Below, piece by piece: positions 21,489 through 32,398 of a DNA stretch of 64,000 nt (position 1 is the stretch's first letter; every line of letters starts with the position of its first letter). The notes under the pieces were generated by a model that searched no databases, had not been told where the DNA came from, and saw only the letters and a program-made list of their open reading frames with translations. The position numbers and the translations under genes were made by a program. This stretch comes from an uncultured Nitrososphaeraceae archaeon (GTDB lineage Archaea > Thermoproteota > Nitrososphaeria > Nitrososphaerales > Nitrososphaeraceae): assembly GCA_963765895.1 (NCBI GenBank), contig CAVXZB010000024.1, positions 96,001-160,000 on the forward strand, in the 5' to 3' direction.

Positions 21489-22961
21489 TTGATAAAACCA
21501 TTAAATTGGCATAGTGAACTTTATAGACGAATAAGGCTACTGCCATGGTGGGTTAAATATAACATTGGTGTAGCCGAGGCTGCGGTCCTGAAGAAAAGAA
21601 TTCTAATATTGGCTTCAGAAATCGGGTTTCAAGATAGGTGGACAGCAGCTCTGATAAGACATGCAGTATCAGAGTTTTCAAAGAAGGGACTTGGTGCTAA
21701 TTATTATGGGTATCACAATATTCAGCATGAGCTCGAGGCCGCCTATTTTACTCTATTAGCGGCCTACGACCAGTATAAACAAGGGCATAACTTTGACCAG
21801 CAGGATTTAATTTATTTATTTGTAGCCGCCCTATTTCATGACTATGATCCAATGAAGCAGTTTGATAAGCCTCATGAGGATTCAGTTGAAAGATTCTTAA
21901 GAAATGATAAGTGCATAAAAAAATTTGTCGACGATGTAGGAATAAATATTGATATCTTAATGGTGTTGATTCATCGGACGGCGTATCCATTCAGAGATAA
22001 GATTTCCGAACATGCCTCTACCAGGATTCAAGAATTGTTTACAGCCGCAGGTGTTCAAGTAAATGATTCTAGGGTTAGAGAACATTATAAATATCTTGGA
22101 TGGTTTCTGTCCGTGTCAGAACGTATAGCAGGATACGCTTTGGGCGACCTTGAACATGCGCGGGATCTTGCACGTCGCAATGCTCACGCATTGGGATGGC
22201 ATCCATCACGAATAAATGAAGAATCAGTACGCTACTTCAGTATTTTAAAGGATGAGAAAGACATGGTCGAATGTGTTTTAGAATACGTACCTCAAATCTA
22301 CAAGAGAAATTTCTTTGATAATATGGAGGGTTTTAGGGAGGCTTGGGAAGAAGAAAATAGGATAAGAGTATCTATTAGAAGAAATCAAACTGATCTAGTG
22401 CCGATTTTGATAGAGAAATGTGAGAGTATGAGTTCAGACGTAAGAAGATCCATTTTGAAAATATATAGGGAGTTACCACTTCCAGTACCAGCAATCCATG
22501 ATAAGAAATTCAATAAATCACTCACTAATCCTAAGACGATTCTAATTACGTTAAGGGTTAATGAGGAAAATGGTGAAATCGTTGGCTATGTAAAAGGCGG
22601 ACCTCTGGAAATCTACGAACTAAGACGAGGTACATATGATTCTAACGTAGGAAAAAGGAATACAGCATATATGGAATGGATTGGTATCAAATCTGGTTAC
22701 TGGGGGGAAGCTGGTGGCCATATTCTAAGATCAGAGTTTCTAAAGGAAGCAAGAAACAGAGGATATAGCTTTGTAACCGGCTATGTCCATAGGATCGTGA
22801 TACTAAACCGAAAGAATAGAGGCGAATCGATAGAACTTGTGCAAAAGTATGATCCAGATAAGCTAGACTATTACCGGATAGACCTTGAAAAGATGATGTG
22901 TACTACTCATCAGCCTTCAAGAGACATTGAAACAATGCCTCCAGATATTGGGATCCTTTAG
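21489..22961 (+). CDS. HD-domain protein fused to a C-terminal GNAT-like domain
   Basis: GYHNIQHEL and ALFHDYDP HD motifs; C-terminal IVGYVKGGPLE...YMEWIGIKSGYWGEAGGHILR. Confidence 0.8.
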   Translation: MIKPLNWHSELYRRIRLLPWWVKYNIGVAEAAVLKKRILILASEIGFQDRWTAALIRHAVSEFSKKGLGANYYGYHNIQHELEAAYFTLLAAYDQYKQGHNFDQQDLIYLFVAALFHDYDPMKQFDKPHEDSVERFLRNDKCIKKFVDDVGINIDILMVLIHRTAYPFRDKISEHASTRIQELFTAAGVQVNDSRVREHYKYLGWFLSVSERIAGYALGDLEHARDLARRNAHALGWHPSRINEESVRYFSILKDEKDMVECVLEYVPQIYKRNFFDNMEGFREAWEEENRIRVSIRRNQTDLVPILIEKCESMSSDVRRSILKIYRELPLPVPAIHDKKFNKSLTNPKTILITLRVNEENGEIVGYVKGGPLEIYELRRGTYDSNVGKRNTAYMEWIGIKSGYWGEAGGHILRSEFLKEARNRGYSFVTGYVHRIVILNRKNRGESIELVQKYDPDKLDYYRIDLEKMMCTTHQPSRDIETMPPDIGIL

Positions 22962-23610
22962 AAAAGTTTGAAAAAAGAGAACCGTGATCATTCAGTCTGC
23001 TAAGATTAGAAAATTGTCGTGAGAATATATACGCTTTTGTCCACAATGGGAGCTAATATCGATTATCTCAAAGCATCGGTCTCGACATTCGAGTTCTACT
23101 ATAGATAAATTCTTTCGGCGTATCTACGCTATCCGACCGTTTATTTTGTTAATTTTTACACCAAGATCATCTATGTCTTAGTTTAAAGTACATAAAGTCT
23201 AGCGCATTTGGAGCTTTTTAGATTGCAAGAAATAGCCTATTCTGCGTACTAACGCAGTAATCTAGTCACAAAAATCTGAAAATATAATTTAGAACGTAAT
23301 TCAATCATTATATAAACACAATGACAAGCAGTCTGAGATAAGCGTGGTCCAATTTGAAAAAATAGGTTCTGGTTTTTATTAAATTTGACAGTTCTTCTTA
23401 GAATACCTCGTATATTACACGTCTGATTGAATTTTTTATATGATATCTATCAATATCTTAAAAATATAAATGTCTATTTTCTATAAACTACTCGGTTATG
23501 AATATCATTGATCGATAAAAATTAAAGAAATTTTTCATATAATATCGTGTAAGCCGTACAAATAATGGATCGCATCCATTTTTATTCTAGACCTTTCCAT
23601 ATAGCAGATA

Positions 23611-23713
23611 GGTAGTGGTAGAAGGAGATTAAAAGTTTGTCTCTGGGGGTATTAGTGTACTGCCGCCAATGAGGCTTTCTTTGCTGCCATCAGTCTTCCT
23701 TCCTACCACCACT
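23611..23713. other. ~100-bp element bounded by ~20-bp imperfect inverted repeats (candidate structured sRNA or MITE)
   Basis: GGTAGTGGTAGAAGGAGA ... TCTTCCTTCCTACCACCACT; GC-richer than flanks; contains minus-strand micro-ORF MAAKKASLAAVH* (23652-23690). Confidence 0.45.
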
Positions 23714-24350
23714 GAAATTAAATATCTAGGACTAAATTACTTTGAGTTAATATTCTCTGAAAGAATGCATCCACAACCTTCTGATAATATATAATATTAG
23801 ATCAATATTTACGGTTCCCGAATACAAAAATAAATCTAATATGAATCAACATACTAGACATTTTTTTTACGCAAAAAACAGATGGATCAGACTCCCAGTT
23901 AACAATAGGTGAATTAACAAATGTACTGCTAATACTTACTAACAAATATTAATAAAAGGATCGTTAGCCTGTCAAAAACATCATAATGATTTTTCATACG
24001 ATTTGATTGCTAGCCTTTTCTATGGTTTGATTAGCATTCTTTATTGCATGATCTTACAAATGCATAGATGCATTATTTTTAATCCAACATTATATAAAAT
24101 TGCATCTCTCCTTAACTGTTTTTATCTCTTAATTCAACCCCATGAATATTATAAATTGGTTGGTTTCAACACTCGACAAGTCTTGAATACTGGATAAATC
24201 TATTATCAATCATACTTTTGTAAAAATGCAGTCATTGGCAACCATCAGTTTGCAACAACAAATAAATTATTGTTCCCTAAAAAAGAAACTAGAGAAACCA
24301 TAGTTGATTCAACAAGGCTTATATACCAAACATGTAACAATGAATAATTG

Positions 24351-24401
24351 ATGGCAGCAAAGAAAAAATCTGTAAAGAAAACCTCGAAAGGTAAAAAGTA
24401 A
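24351..24401 (+). CDS. Candidate 16-aa lysine-rich micropeptide MAAKKKSVKKTSKGKK
   Basis: CTTATATA box at 24318-24325 and T-rich terminator-like tract at 24421-24440 bracket the ORF. Confidence 0.5.
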   Translation: MAAKKKSVKKTSKGKK

Positions 24402-25612
24402 AAATACGGGGAGTGTATTCTCTATTTTTCCTATTTTTTAGATTGTGTTTCAAAACCCAAATGAAAAGTAATTATTCTATATTGTTGTCGATGCTAAATC
24501 GATCTAATTCACATCTCTATGGCGTTGTGATGACAGACGCCTATTAGATACAATTGTTGTTCAAAGAAGTATTGCAATCTTGATTACTTACTTTATTCTA
24601 TCAGTGAATTTTTTCCATTCTGGTCATACTACTCCAGCTATTATCCTCGCACGATCATCTAATAAGTGTTCAAACACTCACTTAAGTTTGACTATTTCTA
24701 GATATCAATTTCTGCGTGACTGGTATATGCCTAGGCTTTGAAAAATGAGTTAGCCACAGCTCGTCGAATATTATAGGTTATGTGAAAGACTTCAACTAAA
24801 ATATAAAGCATCTTCAGGTATTTATCACAGCACGGAGTAAAAATCTTGTTCGATGCTAGTTAATCTACCGTTGTACGATCATTAATGGACGATTCAAGTT
24901 CGCGATTATTTTTATTAATCCGGAACGACAGTTCCAATTGGTCATTTCGACAGAAATACGCTTCGCAACTCATTAATTATATTCACGATTGAGTAATTTG
25001 AGAGCACAAAAATTCAAACTCCCTATTGTTGAAACTCAAGAGACAAATCTGATTGGAATAGCGATTCCTGAAATTAGCAAATGCCCAAAGATATACAGGT
25101 ATGCAAAGGTTAGACTCAATAGGAACGCAATAGCAAATACTATCTTAAGAACTACGCTAATCAATTCATTTGCATATTACAGTTAGCAATAGCAATGATC
25201 TATTAGATAAATATAGGATTTCATCGATTCGTGAGATTCCCACAAAAGCTTAACGATCCTAACTGCAGCTATGTCGTGACACCATTCTATGGGGCATATT
25301 GTCGTCGTTAGTTAGATTGTAATACCAGACACACATCTGCTGCCAGGTACTGTACTATATCGGAGAATAAAGTTGCTAATGCTAATCTGTGATTTATACA
25401 ATAAAAATATACTGCGACTTTCTGAACCTAATTCTGTACTGGCTTGTGAAATTATCACATATAGGAATGTTTTGCGCTTCATTATATGAACAATCGACAT
25501 GCTATGGGATCGGTAAAGGCTTCGTGATCAGCTGCCTGTTTTCTGAAGTTCTGCGTTATGTGTTGTAAAATTTCTACTTAATACAGGATTCCCACAGCTT
25601 GTCGAATTCTAG

Positions 25613-25730
25613 CGCCGGGAGTGGGACTCGAACCCACGGGTCCCGGAGGACATCAGCTTGCCCTTACACTATAGATCTCGAGGCTGACCCCTTTTAGGGT
25701 CATTGACTTGCCTAGCTTCGGTACCCCGGC
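25613..25730 (-). tRNA. tRNA-Ser(CGA) with two introns (canonical 37/38 and D-loop)
   Basis: Acceptor GCCGGGG/TCCCGGC+G, GTTCGAGT T-loop, long variable arm, TCAGC-CTCGAG..A-GCTGA; introns ~25659-25676 and ~25693-25708 (TAGG/CCTA bulge-helix-bulge). Confidence 0.88.
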
Positions 25731-25947
25731 AATTTTTTAAGGATATCTAGTCATTTAACGTTTGTGCATTGAGATAGAATTAGCTTTTTAGTCAATTCTT
25801 ATGTTAAATTAAAAACATTAGGTAAGAATGTAGATCTAAATCAAAAGTAGTAATCCTAAGCAAATTCAGTAGTAGATAAATCAGATAATAACATCTAGAA
25901 TAATTTAGCAGCTTGTATAAAAATGAAAATCACTTGATTATATCCTA

Positions 25948-26541
25948 ATGTCACACTTTTCTAAATGCAAACGAAGCCTGGCACTATCCCCTTTGATGGT
26001 TCTTCTAGTAACCCTTGCGGTAATCACAATCATGAGTAACCCTGTCCTGTTTACGTCACATCCGTCCGCATTCGCACAACTATCTGGGAATGAGGATACG
26101 TCAAAAGCGATCACACCGGTAACTCCAGTCGCACCCTTTTCGGGCGACATTCGTTCATTGTCAGCAAATAACGACAAAGATTCATTCACAATTAATCTGA
26201 AGATTAGGGGTATAGACTACTCTGATAAATTGGCACAAGTTTGGGTAACTGTGAATAACCATACCTCGGCATATAATATCAATCCCATAGCATTACTAGA
26301 TCCTCAAGATGATGGTGACGGCATCATTCATGTTCCAGTAACATTTCCACATGGAGTAGTTAAACCAGGAGACGAATACACTGCTTGTATAAAAATTCTA
26401 GTCCACTCGGACAATTTGGGAGATACTTATTCTTGTCAAAAAGGAATAATCACTGCTCCTGTCTCAACCGCATCTATATTAAGTAATGACCAATCTAATC
26501 AAACAGGACAGGAACCATTTACAGTCAGTCTATTTTTATAA
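25948..26541 (+). CDS. Exported hypothetical protein
   Basis: Signal peptide ending SAFA; beta-rich domain with two Cys. Confidence 0.8.
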   Translation: MSHFSKCKRSLALSPLMVLLVTLAVITIMSNPVLFTSHPSAFAQLSGNEDTSKAITPVTPVAPFSGDIRSLSANNDKDSFTINLKIRGIDYSDKLAQVWVTVNNHTSAYNINPIALLDPQDDGDGIIHVPVTFPHGVVKPGDEYTACIKILVHSDNLGDTYSCQKGIITAPVSTASILSNDQSNQTGQEPFTVSLFL

Positions 26542-27474
26542 AAATATTTGGATTAAACTCTCAAAAAGATGATAGGAGCATATAATTCGACGTCGGGGTT
26601 GGGGGCTTCATTTTCTATCGACTATATATTTGATAGATAGAGTAGTCACAATTTAATCTCATTGAGTATAACTTTACGAATCAACTTCGAATCAAATATG
26701 TTTGTAGTTTTTTCTTGGAGACAGCTTTACCAGAGATTATTTTTTCCAGCCTCTCTTTAGTACTAGTAGTCGGATTTCTCTTAATATAAATTGATATGAA
26801 TTCTGTCAATGAGCTTAGGGGCTGATCCACTTAATGCATATAGATCTACACCGCAATGATAACAGGAATATAGCACGTTGTAATTAGAATTCAATCCTGT
26901 GCTATTTGATCTGTATCTGTATCATCAGAAATCCAAATCGATATGCAAATGGCACAACCAATTTTATAGTTTATTAGATAGCTTCGAGATAGCCTTTGCT
27001 CTAATATTACATAGATACATTTTACTTGGCATTATGAGGAAAATGTGTAGTGTTGATCAATACCCTAGATGGAATATGCATAAACTCTTAGCGAGTAATG
27101 TGAAATATCGTTCCTGCGAAAAAGATAGAACTAGTCATATAGTATGAGATCAGTATTCTGTCCATATATCATTAATTTATTATGATATCATCAATAACAA
27201 TATCATTTTTCGATGTTAATACTATAAGAAAGAATTTTGCTGTTGATTATGATTGTTCTATTATTCGATTCGTTGTGATTGGCCTATTTTCATCGATATT
27301 AGTACAGTGACCTTCGATTTTCTATCGGGTCAAATCAAAAGCCAGCAGGATATCAAGGTTAAGAATCTCTCAATTATTAGTATGAAATCAATGGCTTGAC
27401 GCATGATTCATCATGCTAACAGGTGGGAAAGAAAATAATAATTTAGGCAGGGTTGCGATAGTTAATTGAGATTA

Positions 27475-27873
27475 TTATGGAAAGGGTAAACTGAATGGAG
27501 TATCATCCTTGGATTGGTGCCCGCCCCCACCGTTTCTATGATTGTCTTTATTCTGATGGTTCATAACAACATCATGATTTGATCTATCGTGATTGTCAGG
27601 TCTGTCTAGATTATCGTTGTCTGTTCCATCATCGGTACTCGCTGAAGCTGAAGCTTTACCATTATTACTATAAAGCTGTCGTAGGGACCCGCATGAAGAC
27701 GAAGGGTTGTTCCCATCATTATTATCACTACACATTTTGGCATTTGCATAATACGAACTTGCTACCAGGTAATAAGTCGTAGAGAAAAATAATAGTAATA
27801 TGGAGAAACTAAATAGTATATAACATTGAATATTACCTGTAGGAGGATTCTTATTGCTTTGTAACGTAGTAAT
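27475..27873 (-). CDS. Small secreted low-complexity Asp/Asn/His-rich protein ending TPFSLPFP
   Basis: Frame of ORF 27475-27735 stays open upstream through a signal peptide (YILFSFSILLLFFSTTYYLVASSYYANA); start codon unclear. Confidence 0.65.
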   Translation of the reverse strand: MTTLQSNKNPPTGNIQCYILFSFSILLLFFSTTYYLVASSYYANAKMCSDNNDGNNPSSSCGSLRQLYSNNGKASASASTDDGTDNDNLDRPDNHDRSNHDVVMNHQNKDNHRNGGGGHQSKDDTPFSLPFP

Positions 27874-28259
27874 TCAATAATAATCGTTATTTAATACTAT
27901 ATTTAAATTAAGGAAATTTATGCTGTAGATTCATATCTACAATTTTTACCTAAATTTATCCTAATATAATTGATCTAGCTTGCCCTTTCTTGTTACATTA
28001 GGCTTTTTGATCTGGGATGTGCTAGATGGTTAAAGCAAGCACAAGCACAATGGGATCACGGTATCAGTTCCAACATTCTAGAATTGTCAACTCCTATTTT
28101 GTAGTTTTAATAGCTTGGAAAGTAATTTTGCCTACAAATGTAGTTCTGTACTGTACTTTATTATATTAATTTTCGGTTTTGAGAGATCTAATCAAATGGA
28201 GTATGCGTTTCAAATGATCTAAATAGTCCGTTGGTTGCACTCGAAGACGTGGACAATAT

Positions 28260-29609
28260 TCAATTTGGAACAATTCGATATATACTACCATCATAGGTGA
28301 GAACATATAAGTAGCCGTCCCCTGCTCCTACCTTAATATCCGTAATAACACCGAACCCTTGTCCGAATATTACCGGTTGGAGTTCATCTCTGGTATCTGC
28401 AACTTTATCAGCTAGCCCGCCATTTAATGCCAGGCTTGTCCTATCGGAATTCAACTTAAAGTTATACAAATTACCTGTGTTAACATCTCCACTGAAGATT
28501 GTATTTTCATATTGCTTTCCTAGCCTATCTGAATTTAAGAACTTCAGAGCAGTGGGTCCGATAGTTTGTCTCCATACAAATTGTGGGTCATGATACTTGC
28601 CCTTTCCGTTATACGATACTAATTGCTCATTAGGTTCAAAACCTGCTGGTGCAAAGCCCATAACTTTGATCCATCCACTGTTAAATCCTGGCTGAACAAT
28701 ATTTATTTCATCATTGGCATCAGCACCATTTTCTGTGTCCCACAAATTTTTAGTCAAAGGATCAAAATCAATTCCAAAGCTATTGCGTATTCCATATGCA
28801 TAATATACTCTGGTCGGATCCTCGTCTCCCAAGAGAATAGGAGATACAGGCTGTCCCTCTTCAGTTACTCTTAATACCCCGCTTGTTCCATCAAGTCTAG
28901 CTACGTCCTTATTGTTCTGTGCTTGACCATCATGACCTCCGACATCCCCAATTACCATATATATATTGTGATCAGGGCCTATCACTATTTTACCCCCATC
29001 ATGATTGCTTTCCCCCAGGGGATCGGGAGAATTTGCCGGGAGATTTAACAATAATAAAGGATCCTCAAGTTTGGTACTATCTGATGATAACTTATATCTA
29101 TAAACATGATTAGCAGGCCTTTCTCCACCTGGTCCTTTTTCAGTATAGTAAAGGAAGACGTATGTAGGACTTCCAGCATCGTTTCCTCTCTTATCTATTG
29201 CTATCCCAAGTAGCCCCCACTCGACTTCAGCATTAGCGATATTGGGAATTTGTAATAGTGGTTGGGGCAGTAACTTTCCATTTACGATCCTATCGACAGT
29301 ACCTTTATTCTTTTCTAGAACTAAGATGTCATTAGGTCCCAGAAAGGCCATACTCGTTGGAATCCTTAGTTCCCCGGAAACAACGCGTTCGACCCTCAGA
29401 GATGGGTCGTTTACTGTAGGTCCATTTGCAGCAGGCGTAGATTTCACATATGCGGCGTTAGCAAGATAGGTACTGCCCGGTACATGGTTCAGAATCATAA
29501 TGGCAGCAAAAAACATGCAAGTAAATAGAGATAACACAAATTGATACTTATGAATAGACAAGATTGATTTTCCCTTCCTTTCCTCACTTAGCTCATCTCG
29601 ATTGAACAT
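28260..29609 (-). CDS. PQQ-dependent soluble sugar dehydrogenase (GSDH/YliI family) with N-terminal membrane anchor
   Basis: PTSMAFLGP, EWGLLGIA, NHDGGKIVIGPD, YAYGIRNSFGIDFDP, WDTENG..DEIN..GFNSGW. Confidence 0.93.
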   Translation of the reverse strand: MFNRDELSEERKGKSILSIHKYQFVLSLFTCMFFAAIMILNHVPGSTYLANAAYVKSTPAANGPTVNDPSLRVERVVSGELRIPTSMAFLGPNDILVLEKNKGTVDRIVNGKLLPQPLLQIPNIANAEVEWGLLGIAIDKRGNDAGSPTYVFLYYTEKGPGGERPANHVYRYKLSSDSTKLEDPLLLLNLPANSPDPLGESNHDGGKIVIGPDHNIYMVIGDVGGHDGQAQNNKDVARLDGTSGVLRVTEEGQPVSPILLGDEDPTRVYYAYGIRNSFGIDFDPLTKNLWDTENGADANDEINIVQPGFNSGWIKVMGFAPAGFEPNEQLVSYNGKGKYHDPQFVWRQTIGPTALKFLNSDRLGKQYENTIFSGDVNTGNLYNFKLNSDRTSLALNGGLADKVADTRDELQPVIFGQGFGVITDIKVGAGDGYLYVLTYDGSIYRIVPN

Positions 29610-29820
29610 ATTTTTAGGTTTCTCATAAATTTAACTGTAGAATTTGAGTTATGAGATATAGCGTAATCTAGTGTACTTACCTATGTGAATCTGCATAAAA
29701 CTATTGATAAATTTAATAAAATGATATCAGAACACACCATTGGTTCTTGTAGAGATTAACTATTAACCAGAGGTCAGTCTTAAGTAGCTACTCAGTTGAT
29801 ACCAAGAGAAATTTTTGCAC

Positions 29821-31099
29821 CTAGGAGGCCGTTCTGGGTATATTCAGGATAACTGAATATGCATTCCCAATCAGTACATTTCCTGTGCCTAGGCCTGGAA
29901 CAGTGATTGGACTTGTCGCTCCCAATGCGACTGTTACTATGGCCGGCTGAGTTTGACCATTTAATTTATTAATCGTTAGTTGGTATTCATCTCCATTTAA
30001 TTGGACGAGAGTAAAAGTTCCCAATCCAATTTCTGTTGCGATGTTTGTATCTTGTCCAGTGATTAAGCAGATTGCTAGCGGTTTGGTTTGGCCAGGCAAG
30101 TCACTAAGAGTTACTGGAGTACAATTACTAGACTTTCCAGCACCATCGGGATTTTTATTTTGATTATTATTTCCATTATGATTGTCGCCTCCTCCTGGAC
30201 TGCCGCCGCCGTTATGATTGTCGCCTCCTCCTGGACTGCCGCCGCTGTTATGATTGTCGCCTCCTCCTGGACTGCCGCCGTTATGATTGTCGCCTCCTCC
30301 TGGACTGCCGCCGCCGTTATGATTGTCGCCTCCTCCTGGACTGCCGCCGCCGTTATGATTGTCGCCTCCTCCTGGACTGCCGCCGCCGTTATGATTGTCG
30401 CCTCCTCCTGGACTCGCCGCCGTTATGATTGTCGCCTCCTCCTGGACTGCCGCCGCCGTTATGATTGTCGCCTCCTCCTGGACTGCCGCCGCCGTTATGA
30501 TTGTCGCCTCCTCCTGGACTGCCGCCGCCGTTATGATTGTCGCCTCCTCCTGGACTGCCGCCGCCGTTATGATTGTCGCCTCCTCCTGGACTGCCGCGCC
30601 GTTATGATTGTCGCCTCCTCCTGGACTGCCGCCACCGTTATGATTGTCGCCTCCTCCTGGACTGCCGCCGTTATGATTGTCGCCTCCTCCTGGACTGCCG
30701 CCCGTTATGGCCAACTACGCTCGGCGTCACACTCTCATTACTGTTCGTGTTCCCTTTATTAGATACGCTATCATTTTGATGGGAACCAGAAGTTCCTAGC
30801 TCTTCTGCCTGGAACTTGTTGTATTGATTCATAAACGTATCCATACGTGCGTCTGTATCACCAAAATTAGAATAACGCTCCCTCGTAGTAGTATCATAGC
30901 TTTGGATATTCGATTTTTCAGGTTGACAAAGAGAGTCAATTTGCAATGCTTGATTGCTACAAGGATCACCTTCCCCTAACATTTGTCCCATATTATTTTT
31001 CCCGAATACACTTTGAATTGTTGCTGATCTAGTTGATAGAACAAGCAGGGTAGACAATAATGCGATAATGATAATCGTTGAGAGTGACTCTCTAGCCAT
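29821..31099 (-). CDS. Secreted protein with Gly/His-rich tandem repeat, split by three frameshifts
   Basis: Signal peptide from ATG at 31099 (MARESLSTIIIIALL...); frames join at ~30703, ~30596 and ~30413 through the repeat into a beta-rich C-terminal domain. Confidence 0.7.
30172..30710. repeat. 36/33-bp GC-rich tandem repeat, ~15 copies (encodes GGGSPGGGDNHN)
   Basis: Unit gccgccgccgttatgattgtcgcctcctcctggact, no spacers. Confidence 0.97.
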
Positions 31100-31422
31100 G
31101 ACAAGCAATAGTAATGACAATTGCCTTATCTTGATTAGGATAATTAATGCACCCCGAAATATCTCAACTAATATTATTGTAGATTGGATGAAAGTATATC
31201 CTGAGAAATAATTCCGAAATTTATTGCCGTCAAATCTTAATATTCTAATATCTTTCATGAAGAAAAATTCCATAGTTCAAGCAATATCATATTTATTGAT
31301 TGGTAAGCCTGGCTGGATGTATTAATCCCCTCTTATAAGCACTAAGAATTAGATTTCCATCTTGAATGCTAGTCCTACTAAATAATTTAATAATATAAAG
31401 TTACAAGAAAATTTAATATGAC

Positions 31423-32259
31423 TTGGAAGAACCGAAATATAGAGGTATCTTGTTGCTTAGAAATAAGATTGCTATCATATCAGGGGCTACCAAGGGCATT
31501 GGATTTTCTATGGCTAAGGTTTTTTCAGAAGACCATGGTGCATTTACTATAGTATGTTCCAGAGATATTAATAGAGCGAAATTGGCTGCGAATCAAATAA
31601 ACGGCCGTTGCATGGCAGAACAAGTTGACGTTTCAGATGAGAGTAGTGTAAGAAATCTGGTAAAAAGAGTAATGGCTAAGCATGGAAGAATCGATATTTT
31701 GATAAACAATGCTGGATTTTACTTTGACAAAGAAATCTGGTGTAAAAGTTTTCATCAGACTACAACCGGTGAATTAGCAAGAATATTAGCTGTCGATTTA
31801 TGGGGGTCGGTTTATCTGAGTAGGGAAGTTATTAGGGCGTACCTAAAAAGTCTTGTTCCAGATGAAAAAAAGAAAACCACGTCTAACCTTAAAAGCGATT
31901 GTAAAAATAGGGTAGTTATCATAAATATTTCTTCCACCCCAGCGATAGAAGGACATGTTGAAGGGTCCCCTTACACCATAGCAAAATCTGCGATCATTGG
32001 TTTGACAAAGTGTATCGCAAAAGAGTACGCTAAAGACAACATTAGATCTTACACATTGGCCTTGGGTAACATTGCAACTCTAGCGACGTTTGGCGCTATG
32101 GATGAGAACGAGAGAGAAAAAGCAGCGAGTGAGTCACCCATGAAAAGATGGGGAAGGCCAGAAGAAATAGCGAGAATCGCAGCTTGTATTGCTAGTGATA
32201 ATTTTTCCTACGCAACAGGTAATACAATAATAGTAGACGGAGGGACCATCATTGTATGA
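31423..32259 (+). CDS. Short-chain dehydrogenase/reductase (FabG-like)
   Basis: SGATKGIG, NNAG, NISS, YTIAK (YxxxK), IVDGG. Confidence 0.93.
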   Translation: MEEPKYRGILLLRNKIAIISGATKGIGFSMAKVFSEDHGAFTIVCSRDINRAKLAANQINGRCMAEQVDVSDESSVRNLVKRVMAKHGRIDILINNAGFYFDKEIWCKSFHQTTTGELARILAVDLWGSVYLSREVIRAYLKSLVPDEKKKTTSNLKSDCKNRVVIINISSTPAIEGHVEGSPYTIAKSAIIGLTKCIAKEYAKDNIRSYTLALGNIATLATFGAMDENEREKAASESPMKRWGRPEEIARIAACIASDNFSYATGNTIIVDGGTIIV

Positions 32260-32398
32260 TTGGCAAATGTCTCAACTCTCCTGCGCTTACTCTAACAGCG
32301 ATCATAATCCAATAGGCGATAAAGTTACTGTTTGATATTAAGCAAACCTGACACGATCTAGAATGCAACACTGACTTGATAGTGATAATAAGGAGTAG

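Noticed and set aside
30172-30710. 36-bp repeat array as a CRISPR
   Set aside because: Units are contiguous with no unique spacers, lengths are mostly multiples of three and encode a peptide repeat; no cas genes in the window
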